This document shows, piece by piece, positions 17,951 through 27,132 of a stretch of 30,209 bases of DNA. Source of the DNA: Deltaproteobacteria bacterium (GTDB lineage Bacteria > Desulfobacterota > DAOWNY01); the NCBI GenBank assembly GCA_030642325.1, contig DAOWNY010000001.1:1-30209 (forward strand), written 5' to 3'. The notes under the pieces were generated by a model. It was not told the origin of the DNA and did not search any database. It saw nothing but the letters and a program-made list of their open reading frames with translations. Position numbers and translations under genes: made by a program. Position 1 is the stretch's first letter, and each line of letters starts with the position of its first letter.

Positions 17951-19033
17951 TTGAGAATCATTTCAAAGTATATTCTTAAAGAATTTTTTAAAACTTTTTT
18001 TCTTACTTTAGCGTCATTTATTACCCTTTACCTTGTTGTGGATTTTTTTGAAAAAATTCAATCGTTTATCAGCAACCAGGCTTCTCTCGGGTTAACAGCC
18101 CTCTTCTTTGTCTCTAAAATTCCCGTTATAATGTATCATATGGTGCCGATGGCTGTTCTCCTCTCTACCCTTATTACTTTGATTATTCTTTCTCGAAACA
18201 GAGAGATAGTTGCCATGAAGGCTTCCGGAATAAGTCTTTTTTCCATCTGTTCCCCGATTTTATTAGTTTCTCTGTTGATCAGCCTGTTATTATTAATCCT
18301 GAATGAATCAATCATTCCCTACTCGATAAAAAAGTCAGAATATATTGAGAATGTGCTGATTAATAAAGAAGAGCCGGTGGGACTTTTTAAGGAGAATCAA
18401 ATCTGGTATAAAAGCCCGGGTGCCATATATAATATTCGACTATTTGACCCTAAAAAGAATATATTAAAAGGAATTACAATAAACTATTTCGACAAAAATT
18501 TTTATTTAACCAGAAGAATTGATGGTAAAGAAGCCCGATGGAAACCGGGGCAGGGTTGGATATTTTATGAGGTAATTTTCCGAAGTCGACAAAAAGACGG
18601 TTCCTTTAAACTCGAAAGTTTTCCGGAAAAGTCAATACCCCTTCCTGAGAGTCCCCGGGATTTTAAAAAAGTGGAAAGAAAACCGGAAGAGATGACATTT
18701 ACTGAATTGAAAGATTATATCAGGCAAATTAAATCTGAAGGTTACGATGCAACCAGATATTTGGTGGACCTCCATTTCAAGACCTCTTTTCCTTTTATAA
18801 GCTTTATTATGGCTATATTAGGGGCACCCTTTGCTCTGAAAGCTGAAAAAGGCGGAGGAGTGACTCTGGGTGTCGGCATCAGTATTATTATCGGCTTCAG
18901 TTATTATCTTATCTATGCCTTCAACCAATCTTTGGGACACGCTGAGATTTTACCCCCGATAGTTTCAGCATGGTTAACCAATGCACTTTTTGGGACAATC
19001 GGAATACTTCTTTTTTTAGGCACACCACGATAG
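17951..19033 (+). CDS. lptG: LPS export ABC transporter permease LptG
   Basis: IISKYILKEF, LSRNREIVAMKASGISL, PEEMTFTEL, ILPPIVSAWLTN; second of the pair; TTG start. Confidence 0.88.
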   Translation: MRIISKYILKEFFKTFFLTLASFITLYLVVDFFEKIQSFISNQASLGLTALFFVSKIPVIMYHMVPMAVLLSTLITLIILSRNREIVAMKASGISLFSICSPILLVSLLISLLLLILNESIIPYSIKKSEYIENVLINKEEPVGLFKENQIWYKSPGAIYNIRLFDPKKNILKGITINYFDKNFYLTRRIDGKEARWKPGQGWIFYEVIFRSRQKDGSFKLESFPEKSIPLPESPRDFKKVERKPEEMTFTELKDYIRQIKSEGYDATRYLVDLHFKTSFPFISFIMAILGAPFALKAEKGGGVTLGVGISIIIGFSYYLIYAFNQSLGHAEILPPIVSAWLTNALFGTIGILLFLGTPR

Positions 19034-19587
19034 TCAAATTTATGCATCTGTTTTACCGGTTGCCTGTTTTTAAAACTTGATTGCATAGGAAATCCCATTT
19101 TTTAATCAATTATATCAATTAGTTTCCTGACTGTGTTGTGCTAACAGCTCGCCCAAAGGGCGCTAATTTAAGGCGCCTATGGACACTCCGGATTTTGTTG
19201 GAGCGACGTGATTTTGACTTCTTTCGAGTGCATAAAAATTAATAGATATTTCGTTTTTAAGTGGATTTTGTAAAAATTTAGTGGTATAGAATAAAAGATT
19301 AATAAAATGCTTTACTTATAACTCAAACTGGTCTATGTTCTTTTTATTATAATGATACGTGATCAGTTAGCTTAGCCAAAGAAGTCGGTTCATTCTTTAA
19401 CCTGACAAAATCCCCTTCGTGCTACCCCTTTTTTTAAAAGGGGGCTGCAAAATCTCCCAAATTTTTATAGGTGTTGTACCAATGAGGAGGTTGTTACCCA
19501 ATCTTTATTCCAGTTTTAAGGATAGGGTCGGGTTAAATGCAGGCTTGTGGGAACCGGCCGCTGATTAAATAAGTAATGATTAAACAA

Positions 19588-19635
19588 TGATGCAAGCATA
19601 AAAAGTCGTAATTTTGACTTTTTGCAAGATCATCA
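19588..19635. repeat. Short palindromic element (collapsed inverted-repeat remnant)
   Basis: tgatg...aaaaagtc-gtaatttt-gacttttt...catca. A related half site, cgtgattttgacttctttcgag, lies at about 19207-19228. Confidence 0.45.
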
Positions 19636-19648
19636 ATAACAGGATTCA

Positions 19649-21280
19649 ATGAAAATAATTAAAGAGGATCGAGATAAAATCGCAGGCAAAAAGAAAATTG
19701 TCATCCTGGGAGGGGGTCCCAATCGGATCGGTCAGGGGATAGAGTTCGATTATTGCTGCGTTCATGCTGTTTTTGCCTGCAAAGAAATTGGCTGCGAAGC
19801 AATCATGATCAATAGTAATCCGGAAACAGTCAGCACTGATTATGATACTTCCGACAGGCTGTACTTTGAGCCCTTGACCCGGGAGGATGTTCTGGCAATC
19901 ATTGAACATGAAGATCCGGCGGGGGTTATTGTTCAATTGGGAGGGCAAACCCCTCTCAATTTGGCGGTTCCCCTGAAAAAAGCGGGGATCAATATTCTGG
20001 GGACATCTCCGGAGGACATTGATAAAGCGGAAGACAGGAAATTATTTAAGAACATTTTGGAAAAACTGGGGCTTAACCAGCCTCCCAATGCTACAGGAAA
20101 CTCATTTAATGAAGTTACGAAGATAGCTGCCGAGATAGGATACCCTGTTGTTGTTCGTCCTTCCTATGTGCTGGGAGGGAGGGCGATGGAAATCGTTTAT
20201 GATGAGTCCGAACTTAAAATTTATATGAAAAAAGCGCTTGATTCATCCCCAAAACATCCCGTGCTCATAGATAAGTTTCTGGAGGATGCCATTGAGATTG
20301 ATGTGGATTGTGTGGCTGACGGACAACGAGTTGTGGTTGGCGGAATAATGGAGCATATAGAAGAGGCGGGCATCCATTCGGGAGACAGCGCCTGTGTAAT
20401 CCCTCCTTATACATTGGGCGACAATTTGATCAGCCAGATTAAAGAACAGACCTATGCCTTAGCCCTGGAGTTAAAAGTGAAAGGGTTGATGAACATACAA
20501 TATGCAATCAAGAACGATATTTTATATGTTTTGGAAGCAAACCCCCGGGCTTCTCGAACCATTCCTTTTGTCAGTAAGGCCACCGGGGTCCCTCTTGTCA
20601 ATATTGCCACCAAAGTTATGCTGGGATTGACGCTTCAGGAGTTGAATTTTACAAAGGAAGTTGATATTTTGCACACTGCAGTGAAAGAGGCGGTTTTTCC
20701 TTTTACTCGTTTTCCGGGGGTAGATGCAATACTTTCCCCGGAGATGAAATCCACCGGAGAAGTAATGGGGATTGATGATTCCTTTGGGGTAGCATTCTTA
20801 AAATCTCAACAGGGAGCCGGTCAGAATTTACCCATAACAGGAAATGTTCTTTTAAGCTTAAAGGGAAAAGATAAACGTCCCATGATTTTCGTGGTAAAAA
20901 AGCTGGTTGATCTGGGATTTGTAATTTTGGCCACGAAAGGCACTGCTCAAGTCCTAAAGAAAAACGATGTGCCCGTAGAAATAGTTAATAAGCTTTCGGA
21001 GGGCCGCCCAAACATTATGGATCGGATAAAGAATAATGATATACAGCTTATTATTAATACCCCCAGCGGGAAGGTTTCAAAAAGTGATGGTTTAGCCATA
21101 AGGACCACCGCAATTGCACATGGGGTACCTCTTATTACTACTGTTTCAGGAGCATATGCAGTGGTCAACGGTATCGAAGCACTGATGAAGAAAACTCTCC
21201 AGGTTAAAAGTCTCCAGGAATACGGAGAAAGATATTGCAGCCCCCACAAGGAAGAAGTAAAAGGGAGCCGGCCCGGGTAA
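19649..21280 (+). CDS. carB: Carbamoyl-phosphate synthase large chain, C-terminal half only (second ATP-grasp domain plus MGS-like domain)
   Basis: Begins at KKIVILGGGPNRIGQGIEFDYCCVHA, the start of the second synthetase half. Contains VVVRPSYVLGGRAM, EEAGIHSGDS, EANPRASRT, PEMKSTGEVMG and an MGS domain. 543 aa, with an in-frame stop (19637-19639) just before the ATG. Confidence 0.9.
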   Translation: MKIIKEDRDKIAGKKKIVILGGGPNRIGQGIEFDYCCVHAVFACKEIGCEAIMINSNPETVSTDYDTSDRLYFEPLTREDVLAIIEHEDPAGVIVQLGGQTPLNLAVPLKKAGINILGTSPEDIDKAEDRKLFKNILEKLGLNQPPNATGNSFNEVTKIAAEIGYPVVVRPSYVLGGRAMEIVYDESELKIYMKKALDSSPKHPVLIDKFLEDAIEIDVDCVADGQRVVVGGIMEHIEEAGIHSGDSACVIPPYTLGDNLISQIKEQTYALALELKVKGLMNIQYAIKNDILYVLEANPRASRTIPFVSKATGVPLVNIATKVMLGLTLQELNFTKEVDILHTAVKEAVFPFTRFPGVDAILSPEMKSTGEVMGIDDSFGVAFLKSQQGAGQNLPITGNVLLSLKGKDKRPMIFVVKKLVDLGFVILATKGTAQVLKKNDVPVEIVNKLSEGRPNIMDRIKNNDIQLIINTPSGKVSKSDGLAIRTTAIAHGVPLITTVSGAYAVVNGIEALMKKTLQVKSLQEYGERYCSPHKEEVKGSRPG

Positions 21281-21301
21281 TATTCAAGCTTTAAGCTCCG
21301 G

Positions 21302-21475
21302 GGTTCACGGTTCACGGTTTGCAGTTAACAGTTCACGGTTTGCAGTTAACTACAACCTGAATTGAGCGCTTAGCTTTTAGCAGATTGCTATTAGCCAAAA
21401 TGATCACATGCCGAGCATATTTGCATTGTTATAAAATTCATTTCATTGAAAAAACCGCGAACCGTGAACGGTTAC
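21302..21475 (+). repeat. Intergenic repeat family B, copy 2 (carries a family A left arm)
   Basis: Heptamer array ggttcac ggttcac ggtttgc agttaac agttcac ggtttgc agttaac on the left and aaccgcg aaccgtg aacggtt on the right. The interior is homologous to copies B1 and B3. Confidence 0.8.
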
Positions 21476-21544
21476 CTTGAAGCTATATTTGAATCCGTAT
21501 GGATCAAGTTGAGAATAGATGGAAATAAGGAGGAACAAGGGGAT

Positions 21545-21991
21545 ATGTCGCCAGAAACGAAAGAAAAAGAAGAGTTTATAATAAAAGATAAAAGGTCCTT
21601 TTCCTCTTCAGGAGAAAGAAGAAATAAAGAGGAGAAGGAAAGACCTTCCCCCGCCGCAAAAAATGCAAATATTGGTGATGGGGGAAAAAGAGATGAAAAA
21701 CCGAAGGAAAATAAGGGAGAAGGGAGAAGCAGAGCCCCCCTTCCCGAAGCAAATTTTTCAAATTTTATTTTTTCTCTCAGTACATCTGCTCTGGTACATT
21801 TGGGAGCAATTCACAATCCGGTCTCAAAAAAAAGCGAGGAGAATCTTCCCCTGGCAAAACATACCATAGATACTATCAATATGATTAAAAGAGTGACCAA
21901 GGGAAATCTTAGTCAGGACGAGGAGACTCTACTGGAGAAAATTATTTACGACTTACAGATGTATTATGTAAGTAAAACCAAGAGGAGCTAA
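21545..21991 (+). CDS. DUF1844 domain-containing protein
   Basis: PEANFSNFIFSLSTSAL..LG...P...NLPLAKHTID...KRVTKGNLSQDEE.LL..I.YDLQM.YV. The start was moved from the track's 21446 (inside repeat B2) to ATG 21545, which has purine-rich RBS-like sequence upstream. Confidence 0.8.
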   Translation: MSPETKEKEEFIIKDKRSFSSSGERRNKEEKERPSPAAKNANIGDGGKRDEKPKENKGEGRSRAPLPEANFSNFIFSLSTSALVHLGAIHNPVSKKSEENLPLAKHTIDTINMIKRVTKGNLSQDEETLLEKIIYDLQMYYVSKTKRS

Positions 21992-22003
21992 GGGAGGAAA
22001 GAT

Positions 22004-23494
22004 ATGCTTAAACAAAAGTTTTCATTTCTTGCACTGGGATTGGTAGCTTTGCTGGCATTGACGGCATGGTTGTTGATATCCTCCAGGGTGGAGCATGCGC
22101 CGGAATTAAAAGCCGTTTCCCCCCAGAGTAAAGAGATGAAAGATGCAGGCGGTGATTCTGCCGTCAAGTTAAAATTACCCTCCTTTGTAGAAATAGCAAA
22201 AGAAATGAAGTCGGCGGTGGTTAATATAAGCACTACTAAGCTGGTACAGGGGGGTGGAAGGGTATTCAGGCAATTTAAGGGTCCTTTGGGCGAATCTTTT
22301 GAGGATTTTTTCGGAAAGGATTTTTTTGAAAAATTTTTTGGGGATACTCCCCGAAAGGACCGGATCCAGAAAAGTCTGGGGTCCGGTTTTATTATTGATA
22401 AGGAGGGTTATATCCTGACCAATAATCACGTAATTGAAAAAGCGGATAAGATTATGGTAAAACTCTCCAACGAAAAAGAGTTCAAAGCCAGGGTAATAGG
22501 GTTGGACTCCGAAACGGATCTGGCTTTGATAAAAATTGATACCAATGTTGATCTGCCTTTACTTAAACTGGGAGATTCGGATAAATTGGAGACGGGAGAG
22601 TGGGTAATTGCAGTTGGTAATCCATTTGGGCTGGAGCATACGGTAACTGCGGGAATTGTGAGTGCCAAGGGCCGAGTGATCGGGGCAGGCCGTTACGACG
22701 ATTTTATCCAGACCGATGCCTCCATCAATTTCGGAAATAGTGGCGGGCCCCTCATTAATTCCCGGGGAGCGGTAGTCGGAATTAATACGGCAATTGTTGC
22801 CGGAGGTCAGGGAATAGGGTTTGCCATTCCTATCAATATGGCAAAGAAAATCATCCCTCAGCTGAAAAACAGAGGAAAGGTGATCCGGGGATGGTTGGGA
22901 ATCTCCATTCAGGATTTAACTTCCGAGTTGGCCAGGTATTATGGAGTAAAACAGGAAGAGGGTGCTTATGTTGCTGAAGTTATAGAAGATAATCCGGCAG
23001 ACATGGCCGGGATGAAAGCCGGGGATATTGTCATAGACATTGATGGTCATGAAATTCGGGATTCTCGTGAACTGCTTAAAATAGTGGCATCAATTACGGT
23101 GGGTAGAACAGTCATAGTCAAGGTTCTAAGGGATGGGAAAGAAAAAACTCTTTCCATCAAGGCAGGCGAGAGACCTGAAAGAAAGGATTTTATTGCAAAG
23201 GGGGAGGATGCAACTGATCAGTTGGGACTCAAGGTTCGTGAACTAACCCCTGAAATTGTTCGACACCATAAGTTGATTGACTCTAAAGGAGTTATGGTAA
23301 CCGATATAAAACCTGACAGCCTTGCGGAACAGGCGGGGATTAAAAGAGGGGATATAGTAAAGGAAATCAACCACAGGCCAATAGATAGTTTTGATGATTA
23401 TATTTCAATAATGAAAAAAATGGAAAATGAGAAAAAAATATCTTTCCTGATCAGGAGGGATTCTGCCTATATAGCCATTGAAATCAATCGATAG
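22004..23494 (+). CDS. Do/DegQ (HtrA) family periplasmic serine protease with two PDZ domains
   Basis: SLGSGFIID, TNNHV, DLALIK, QTDASINFGNSGGPL catalytic motifs, two PDZ domains and an N-terminal signal/TM segment. RBS GGGAGG. Confidence 0.95.
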   Translation: MLKQKFSFLALGLVALLALTAWLLISSRVEHAPELKAVSPQSKEMKDAGGDSAVKLKLPSFVEIAKEMKSAVVNISTTKLVQGGGRVFRQFKGPLGESFEDFFGKDFFEKFFGDTPRKDRIQKSLGSGFIIDKEGYILTNNHVIEKADKIMVKLSNEKEFKARVIGLDSETDLALIKIDTNVDLPLLKLGDSDKLETGEWVIAVGNPFGLEHTVTAGIVSAKGRVIGAGRYDDFIQTDASINFGNSGGPLINSRGAVVGINTAIVAGGQGIGFAIPINMAKKIIPQLKNRGKVIRGWLGISIQDLTSELARYYGVKQEEGAYVAEVIEDNPADMAGMKAGDIVIDIDGHEIRDSRELLKIVASITVGRTVIVKVLRDGKEKTLSIKAGERPERKDFIAKGEDATDQLGLKVRELTPEIVRHHKLIDSKGVMVTDIKPDSLAEQAGIKRGDIVKEINHRPIDSFDDYISIMKKMENEKKISFLIRRDSAYIAIEINR

Positions 23495-23525
23495 CCGATC
23501 ATTCCATTTCCGGAGGTTGCCTTTT

Positions 23526-24377
23526 TTGGATTCCATCGAACTATTATCCCCTGCAAAGGTCAATCTCAGGCTGATTGTCCTAAAAAAGAGGGGGGACGGA
23601 TACCATGAACTTCAGACTATTATGCAGCTGGTTGATCTCTATGATGATGTGAAAATATTAAAAAACTTAAAAAGAAATATTTCCCTTCAGTGCAGGGGAG
23701 AGGGTGTTCCGTCGGGAAGGGAAAACCTTGCCTACAGGGCTGCCCAAACCTTTTTTGAAGTGACCGGAGGAAACCACGGAGTTGATATATTCATCAATAA
23801 AAGAATTCCAACAAGCGCCGGTTTGGGAGGGGGAAGCAGCAACGCTGCTTCTGTAATAATGGGTTTGAACAGACTCTATAATTACAATTTATCCAATGAA
23901 GACTTGAGGAAAATCGGTCGGGATATAGGGGCTGATGTTCCCTTTTTCATCTTTAGAAAAACTGCCGTTGCCGGCGGGATTGGGGAAGAATTGAAAGCAA
24001 TTGATTTTATCCCGAATTTCTGGTTTATTTTAGTAAACCCCGGGTTTGAGGTTTCTACTGCCTGGGCTTTTAGAAATTTAAATCTGAGGTTGACAAAACG
24101 GGCAATAAATACTAGTATCAACTCATTTACATGGCAGCATTGCAATTATGACGAGCTTTTCCAAAACGATTTGGAAAAAGTTACAATAAAAAGATATCCG
24201 GTTATTCAAGAAATAAAAGATGCTTTGATTTCAAGTGGGGCATATGCTTCTTTAATGTCGGGGAGCGGGCCAACTGTCTTCGGCATCTTTTCCGGAAAAA
24301 GAAAGGCGCAAGATATTATGGAAAAATTGTGTTCCAGATATAATAGTTGGAGGATGTTTCTAGTTAAGAGTATTTAA
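23526..24377 (+). CDS. ispE: 4-(cytidine 5'-diphospho)-2-C-methyl-D-erythritol kinase
   Basis: SPAKVNL, GYHEL, KRIPTSAGLGGGSSNAA, GADVPFF, MSGSGPTVF. Start set at TTG 23526, 9 nt after GGAGG (23512-23516). Confidence 0.95.
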   Translation: MDSIELLSPAKVNLRLIVLKKRGDGYHELQTIMQLVDLYDDVKILKNLKRNISLQCRGEGVPSGRENLAYRAAQTFFEVTGGNHGVDIFINKRIPTSAGLGGGSSNAASVIMGLNRLYNYNLSNEDLRKIGRDIGADVPFFIFRKTAVAGGIGEELKAIDFIPNFWFILVNPGFEVSTAWAFRNLNLRLTKRAINTSINSFTWQHCNYDELFQNDLEKVTIKRYPVIQEIKDALISSGAYASLMSGSGPTVFGIFSGKRKAQDIMEKLCSRYNSWRMFLVKSI

Positions 24378-24403
24378 AAAATAATTTAATGGAGGAGTAA
24401 GGC

Positions 24404-24706
24404 ATGGAGGTTACAGAGGTTAGGGTATTTCCAGTCAGTGAAGAAAAGTTGAAAGCTTATGTAACAATTACCTTCGATGATTGCTTCGTGATCCGTGATT
24501 TGAGGATCATAAATGGAAATAACGGGTTGTTTGTAGCCATGCCCAGTAAAAAAAGGAAAAACGGAACCTTTAAGGACATAGCCCACCCTTTAAATAATGA
24601 TACCCGACGATTGATTGAAACAAAAGTCTTGAATGAATATGAATTGGAGTTGGCAAAAGCGGAGGAAAGTATTGTAGGGGTTGAGCATCAATTAGGCGAA
24701 CAATAG
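24404..24706 (+). CDS. spoVG: SpoVG family nucleic-acid-binding regulator
   Basis: MEVTEVRVF...LKAYVTITFDDCFVIRDLRII.G.NGLFVAMPSKK...FKDIAHP; RBS GGAGGAG. Confidence 0.95.
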   Translation: MEVTEVRVFPVSEEKLKAYVTITFDDCFVIRDLRIINGNNGLFVAMPSKKRKNGTFKDIAHPLNNDTRRLIETKVLNEYELELAKAEESIVGVEHQLGEQ

Positions 24707-24963
24707 GTTATGCCTTAAGATTTTATGTTTATGAGAGCTTTGTGTAATAGAATTTTTCATCCTTAAATTTTTTCGACACTTTTATTTGCTTAACCGCCAA
24801 TGCAAAACCCCCCTGCTTCGGCGGATCAGCCGGTTGATTTTGTCACAGTTTAGTTTTAAGGGAATTGTTTAAGAAAAAACTTCATTTTCTTTCCAGGTTC
24901 TATTTCTAATTATTCAAAGTTTTCGCAATCAATATAATCCGGAAATTAATTATAAAAATATTT

Positions 24964-25038
24964 TGGGGTGTCGTCAAGTGGCAAGACACGGGTTTTTGGT
25001 GCCCGCATTCGGAGGTTCGAGTCCTCCCACCCCAGCCA
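24964..25038 (+). tRNA. tRNA-Gln (anticodon TTG)
   Basis: Acceptor stem TGGGGTG/CACCCCA, discriminator G, encoded CCA. Anticodon stem CGGGT/GCCCG with loop TTTTGGT; T arm GGAGGTTCGAGTCCTCC. Confidence 0.96.
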
Positions 25039-25172
25039 TCATTTTCTGTATGTATCATTTTTGATTGGTTGACAATCAGCGTTTAGGCCTTTGCCCGCTG
25101 GTTTAGTTCAGTAATAAAAAATGACTGTTAACAAATTACGGTCGACCAGAAAGGATAGGAAGCCAAATCCAA

Positions 25173-26114
25173 ATGACTGAAAGACTAAAAGTGTTTTCCG
25201 GAAATTCCAATCTTCCATTGGCCAGGAATATCTGTCGATTTCTAGACATAGAGTTGGGAAGGGCAGAGGTTAAAACTTTCAGTGATGGAGAAATATTTGT
25301 TGAGATCGCTGAAAGTGTAAGGGGAATGGATGTTTTTGTAATTCAATCCACCTGCTTTCCCGTAAACCATAATCTGATGGAGCTTTTGGTAATGATCGAT
25401 GCTCTAAAAAGGGCTTCAACGAGTCGGATTACAGCGGTTATGCCCTATTACGGGTATGCAAGGCAAGATCGGAAAGTTTCCCCGAGGACCCCGATTACCG
25501 CCAAATTGGTGGCTGACTTAATAACAACCGCGGGGGCTTCCCGGGTTTTGGCTTTGGACCTCCACGCCGGACAAATACAAGGTTTTTTTAACATTCCGGT
25601 TGACAATCTTTATGCCGTAACAGTAATTTTAGAATACATCAGGCAAAATTTACATAACGATCTGGTCATTGTATCCCCCGATCCCGGAGGAGTAGAAAGA
25701 GCCCGGGCATTTGCCAAGCGCCTGGAGACTTCGCTGGCCATTATTGATAAAAGAAGGCCTGAACCGAATGTAGCCAAAATAATGAACGTGGTTGGGGAGG
25801 TTAAGGGCAAGAATGCCATTCTTCTGGACGACATGATTGATACTGCCGGAACCATTACTCAGGCTGCCCTGGCATTGAAGGAAAAGGGAGCAAACACGGT
25901 ATATGCCTGCTGTACTCATCCGGTTTTTTCAGGATCGGCCATTGAGCGGATAGAAGGTTCCTGTTTGGAAAAAGTAGTGGCAACCGATACTGTCGCCTTG
26001 AAGGAGGAGGCCTTATCATGCAAAAAGATAGAAATATTGTCCGTTGCCAACCTACTGGGGGAGGCAATCAGAAGGATAAATGAAGAGGATTCGGTTAGCG
26101 AACTGTTTATTTAA
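25173..26114 (+). CDS. prs: Ribose-phosphate pyrophosphokinase
   Basis: [48 protein letters not shown]. Confidence 0.98.
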   Translation: MTERLKVFSGNSNLPLARNICRFLDIELGRAEVKTFSDGEIFVEIAESVRGMDVFVIQSTCFPVNHNLMELLVMIDALKRASTSRITAVMPYYGYARQDRKVSPRTPITAKLVADLITTAGASRVLALDLHAGQIQGFFNIPVDNLYAVTVILEYIRQNLHNDLVIVSPDPGGVERARAFAKRLETSLAIIDKRRPEPNVAKIMNVVGEVKGKNAILLDDMIDTAGTITQAALALKEKGANTVYACCTHPVFSGSAIERIEGSCLEKVVATDTVALKEEALSCKKIEILSVANLLGEAIRRINEEDSVSELFI

Positions 26115-26231
26115 TAATTTTATAGATAGATAGATGTAGAATCAATGTAATCGTTTCCGGTTGACGGTTCACAGCCACCAGTTAATTGAAACCGAATTTC
26201 AGATTTACCGAGGTCTGTTGGTACTATAAAA

Positions 26232-26381
26232 GGCTCAGGTACGTGATTGAGAACACAATCATATATTTTATCACAAGGGATCAGCAAGGTGACGATATGG
26301 AATCGCAAAAAACGGATTCAAAAATTGAAATCCATATCAAAAAGGCTTAAGGTACTACATAATTTATTTAAACAACCGTAA
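26232..26381 (+). pseudogene. Decayed 3' half of a four-helix-bundle protein gene (TIGR02436/PF05635-like)
   Basis: One frame reads GSGT*LRTQSYILSQG...KLKSISKRLKVLHNLFKQP*, resembling the family pattern GSxxELRTQLYIA...EISKML. It lies between inverted heptamer arrays at 26157-26183 and 26374-26408. Confidence 0.45.
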
Positions 26382-26457
26382 ATCGCAAACTGATAACCGT
26401 GAACAGTTGCGAATTAATAAACCATTTGATGATGGCTCTTAAAATAGGAAGGAAATA

Positions 26458-27129
26458 ATGGAACGTATCGAAATTGATGCTCAATACAGAGCGGAGAAAG
26501 GGAAAGGGTTTTCAAGAAAATGTAGAAAAAATGGTTTGATACCGGCAATATTTTATGGTCCGAAAACGGACCCGATCTCATTGACTCTTGATGCTGCCAA
26601 GGTAGAAAAGGTACTTCGCATCCTGACCCACAAAAATGCTATTGTAGACTTAAGGATTTCGGGTAAGGGTGAAATGATCAAAAAAGTTGCCATCCTTAAA
26701 GATCATCAGAGAAATCCGATAACAAGATCGTACATGCATGCGGATTTCTATGAGATTGTCCTGGATAAAGAGATAACCGTTTCCATTGCTATTCATCTGT
26801 CTGGAAAGCCGGTTGGGATTGATGAGGGAGGGATATTGAATCAGATTCAAAGGGAGGTGGAAGCAAAGTGCCTTCCTCTGAGTATTCCCGATAACTTCGA
26901 TATCGATGTAAGCGGGTTGGAAATCGGCCAATCAGTCCGGGTGGAGGATATTCCTTCTGTAGAGGGAGTTCAAGTAATTACTGAAAAAAATATTGTCGTT
27001 GCAGCGGTAGTTGCTCCCACCGTAGAGGTAGAAGGAGTGGAAGGGGAGGAAGAAGAAGTTGCCGAAGGCGAAGAGACGGGTGAAGAGGCAAAATCGACCA
27101 CAGAAAAAGAAGAGAAGACGGAGAGTTGA
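26458..27129 (+). CDS. rplY: 50S ribosomal protein L25 / general stress protein Ctc (long form)
   Basis: R.EKGKG..RK.R..GLIPAIFYG, QRNPITRSYMHADFY, GIDEGGIL, acidic tail. Confidence 0.95.
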   Translation: MERIEIDAQYRAEKGKGFSRKCRKNGLIPAIFYGPKTDPISLTLDAAKVEKVLRILTHKNAIVDLRISGKGEMIKKVAILKDHQRNPITRSYMHADFYEIVLDKEITVSIAIHLSGKPVGIDEGGILNQIQREVEAKCLPLSIPDNFDIDVSGLEIGQSVRVEDIPSVEGVQVITEKNIVVAAVVAPTVEVEGVEGEEEEVAEGEETGEEAKSTTEKEEKTES

Positions 27130-27132
27130 TGG

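Noticed and set aside
19034-19648. Remnant of the N-terminal half of carB in the upstream spacer
   Set aside because: No CarB-like motifs were visible by eye; a BLASTX would be needed to exclude this fully.
21446-21544. N-terminal extension of the DUF1844 ORF
   Set aside because: It is translated repeat B2 sequence (KPRTVN); ATG 21545 is a better start.
23478-23525. Longer ispE start overlapping the protease gene
   Set aside because: GGAGG at 23512-23516 supports TTG 23526, which gives a normal IspE N-terminus with no overlap.
26122-26140. TAGA tandem repeat after prs
   Set aside because: Three short units in AT-rich DNA; compatible with chance.
26120-26308. 62-aa minus-strand ORF between prs and rplY
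   Set aside because: Antisense to the operon and to the more convincing four-helix-bundle remnant; no motif.
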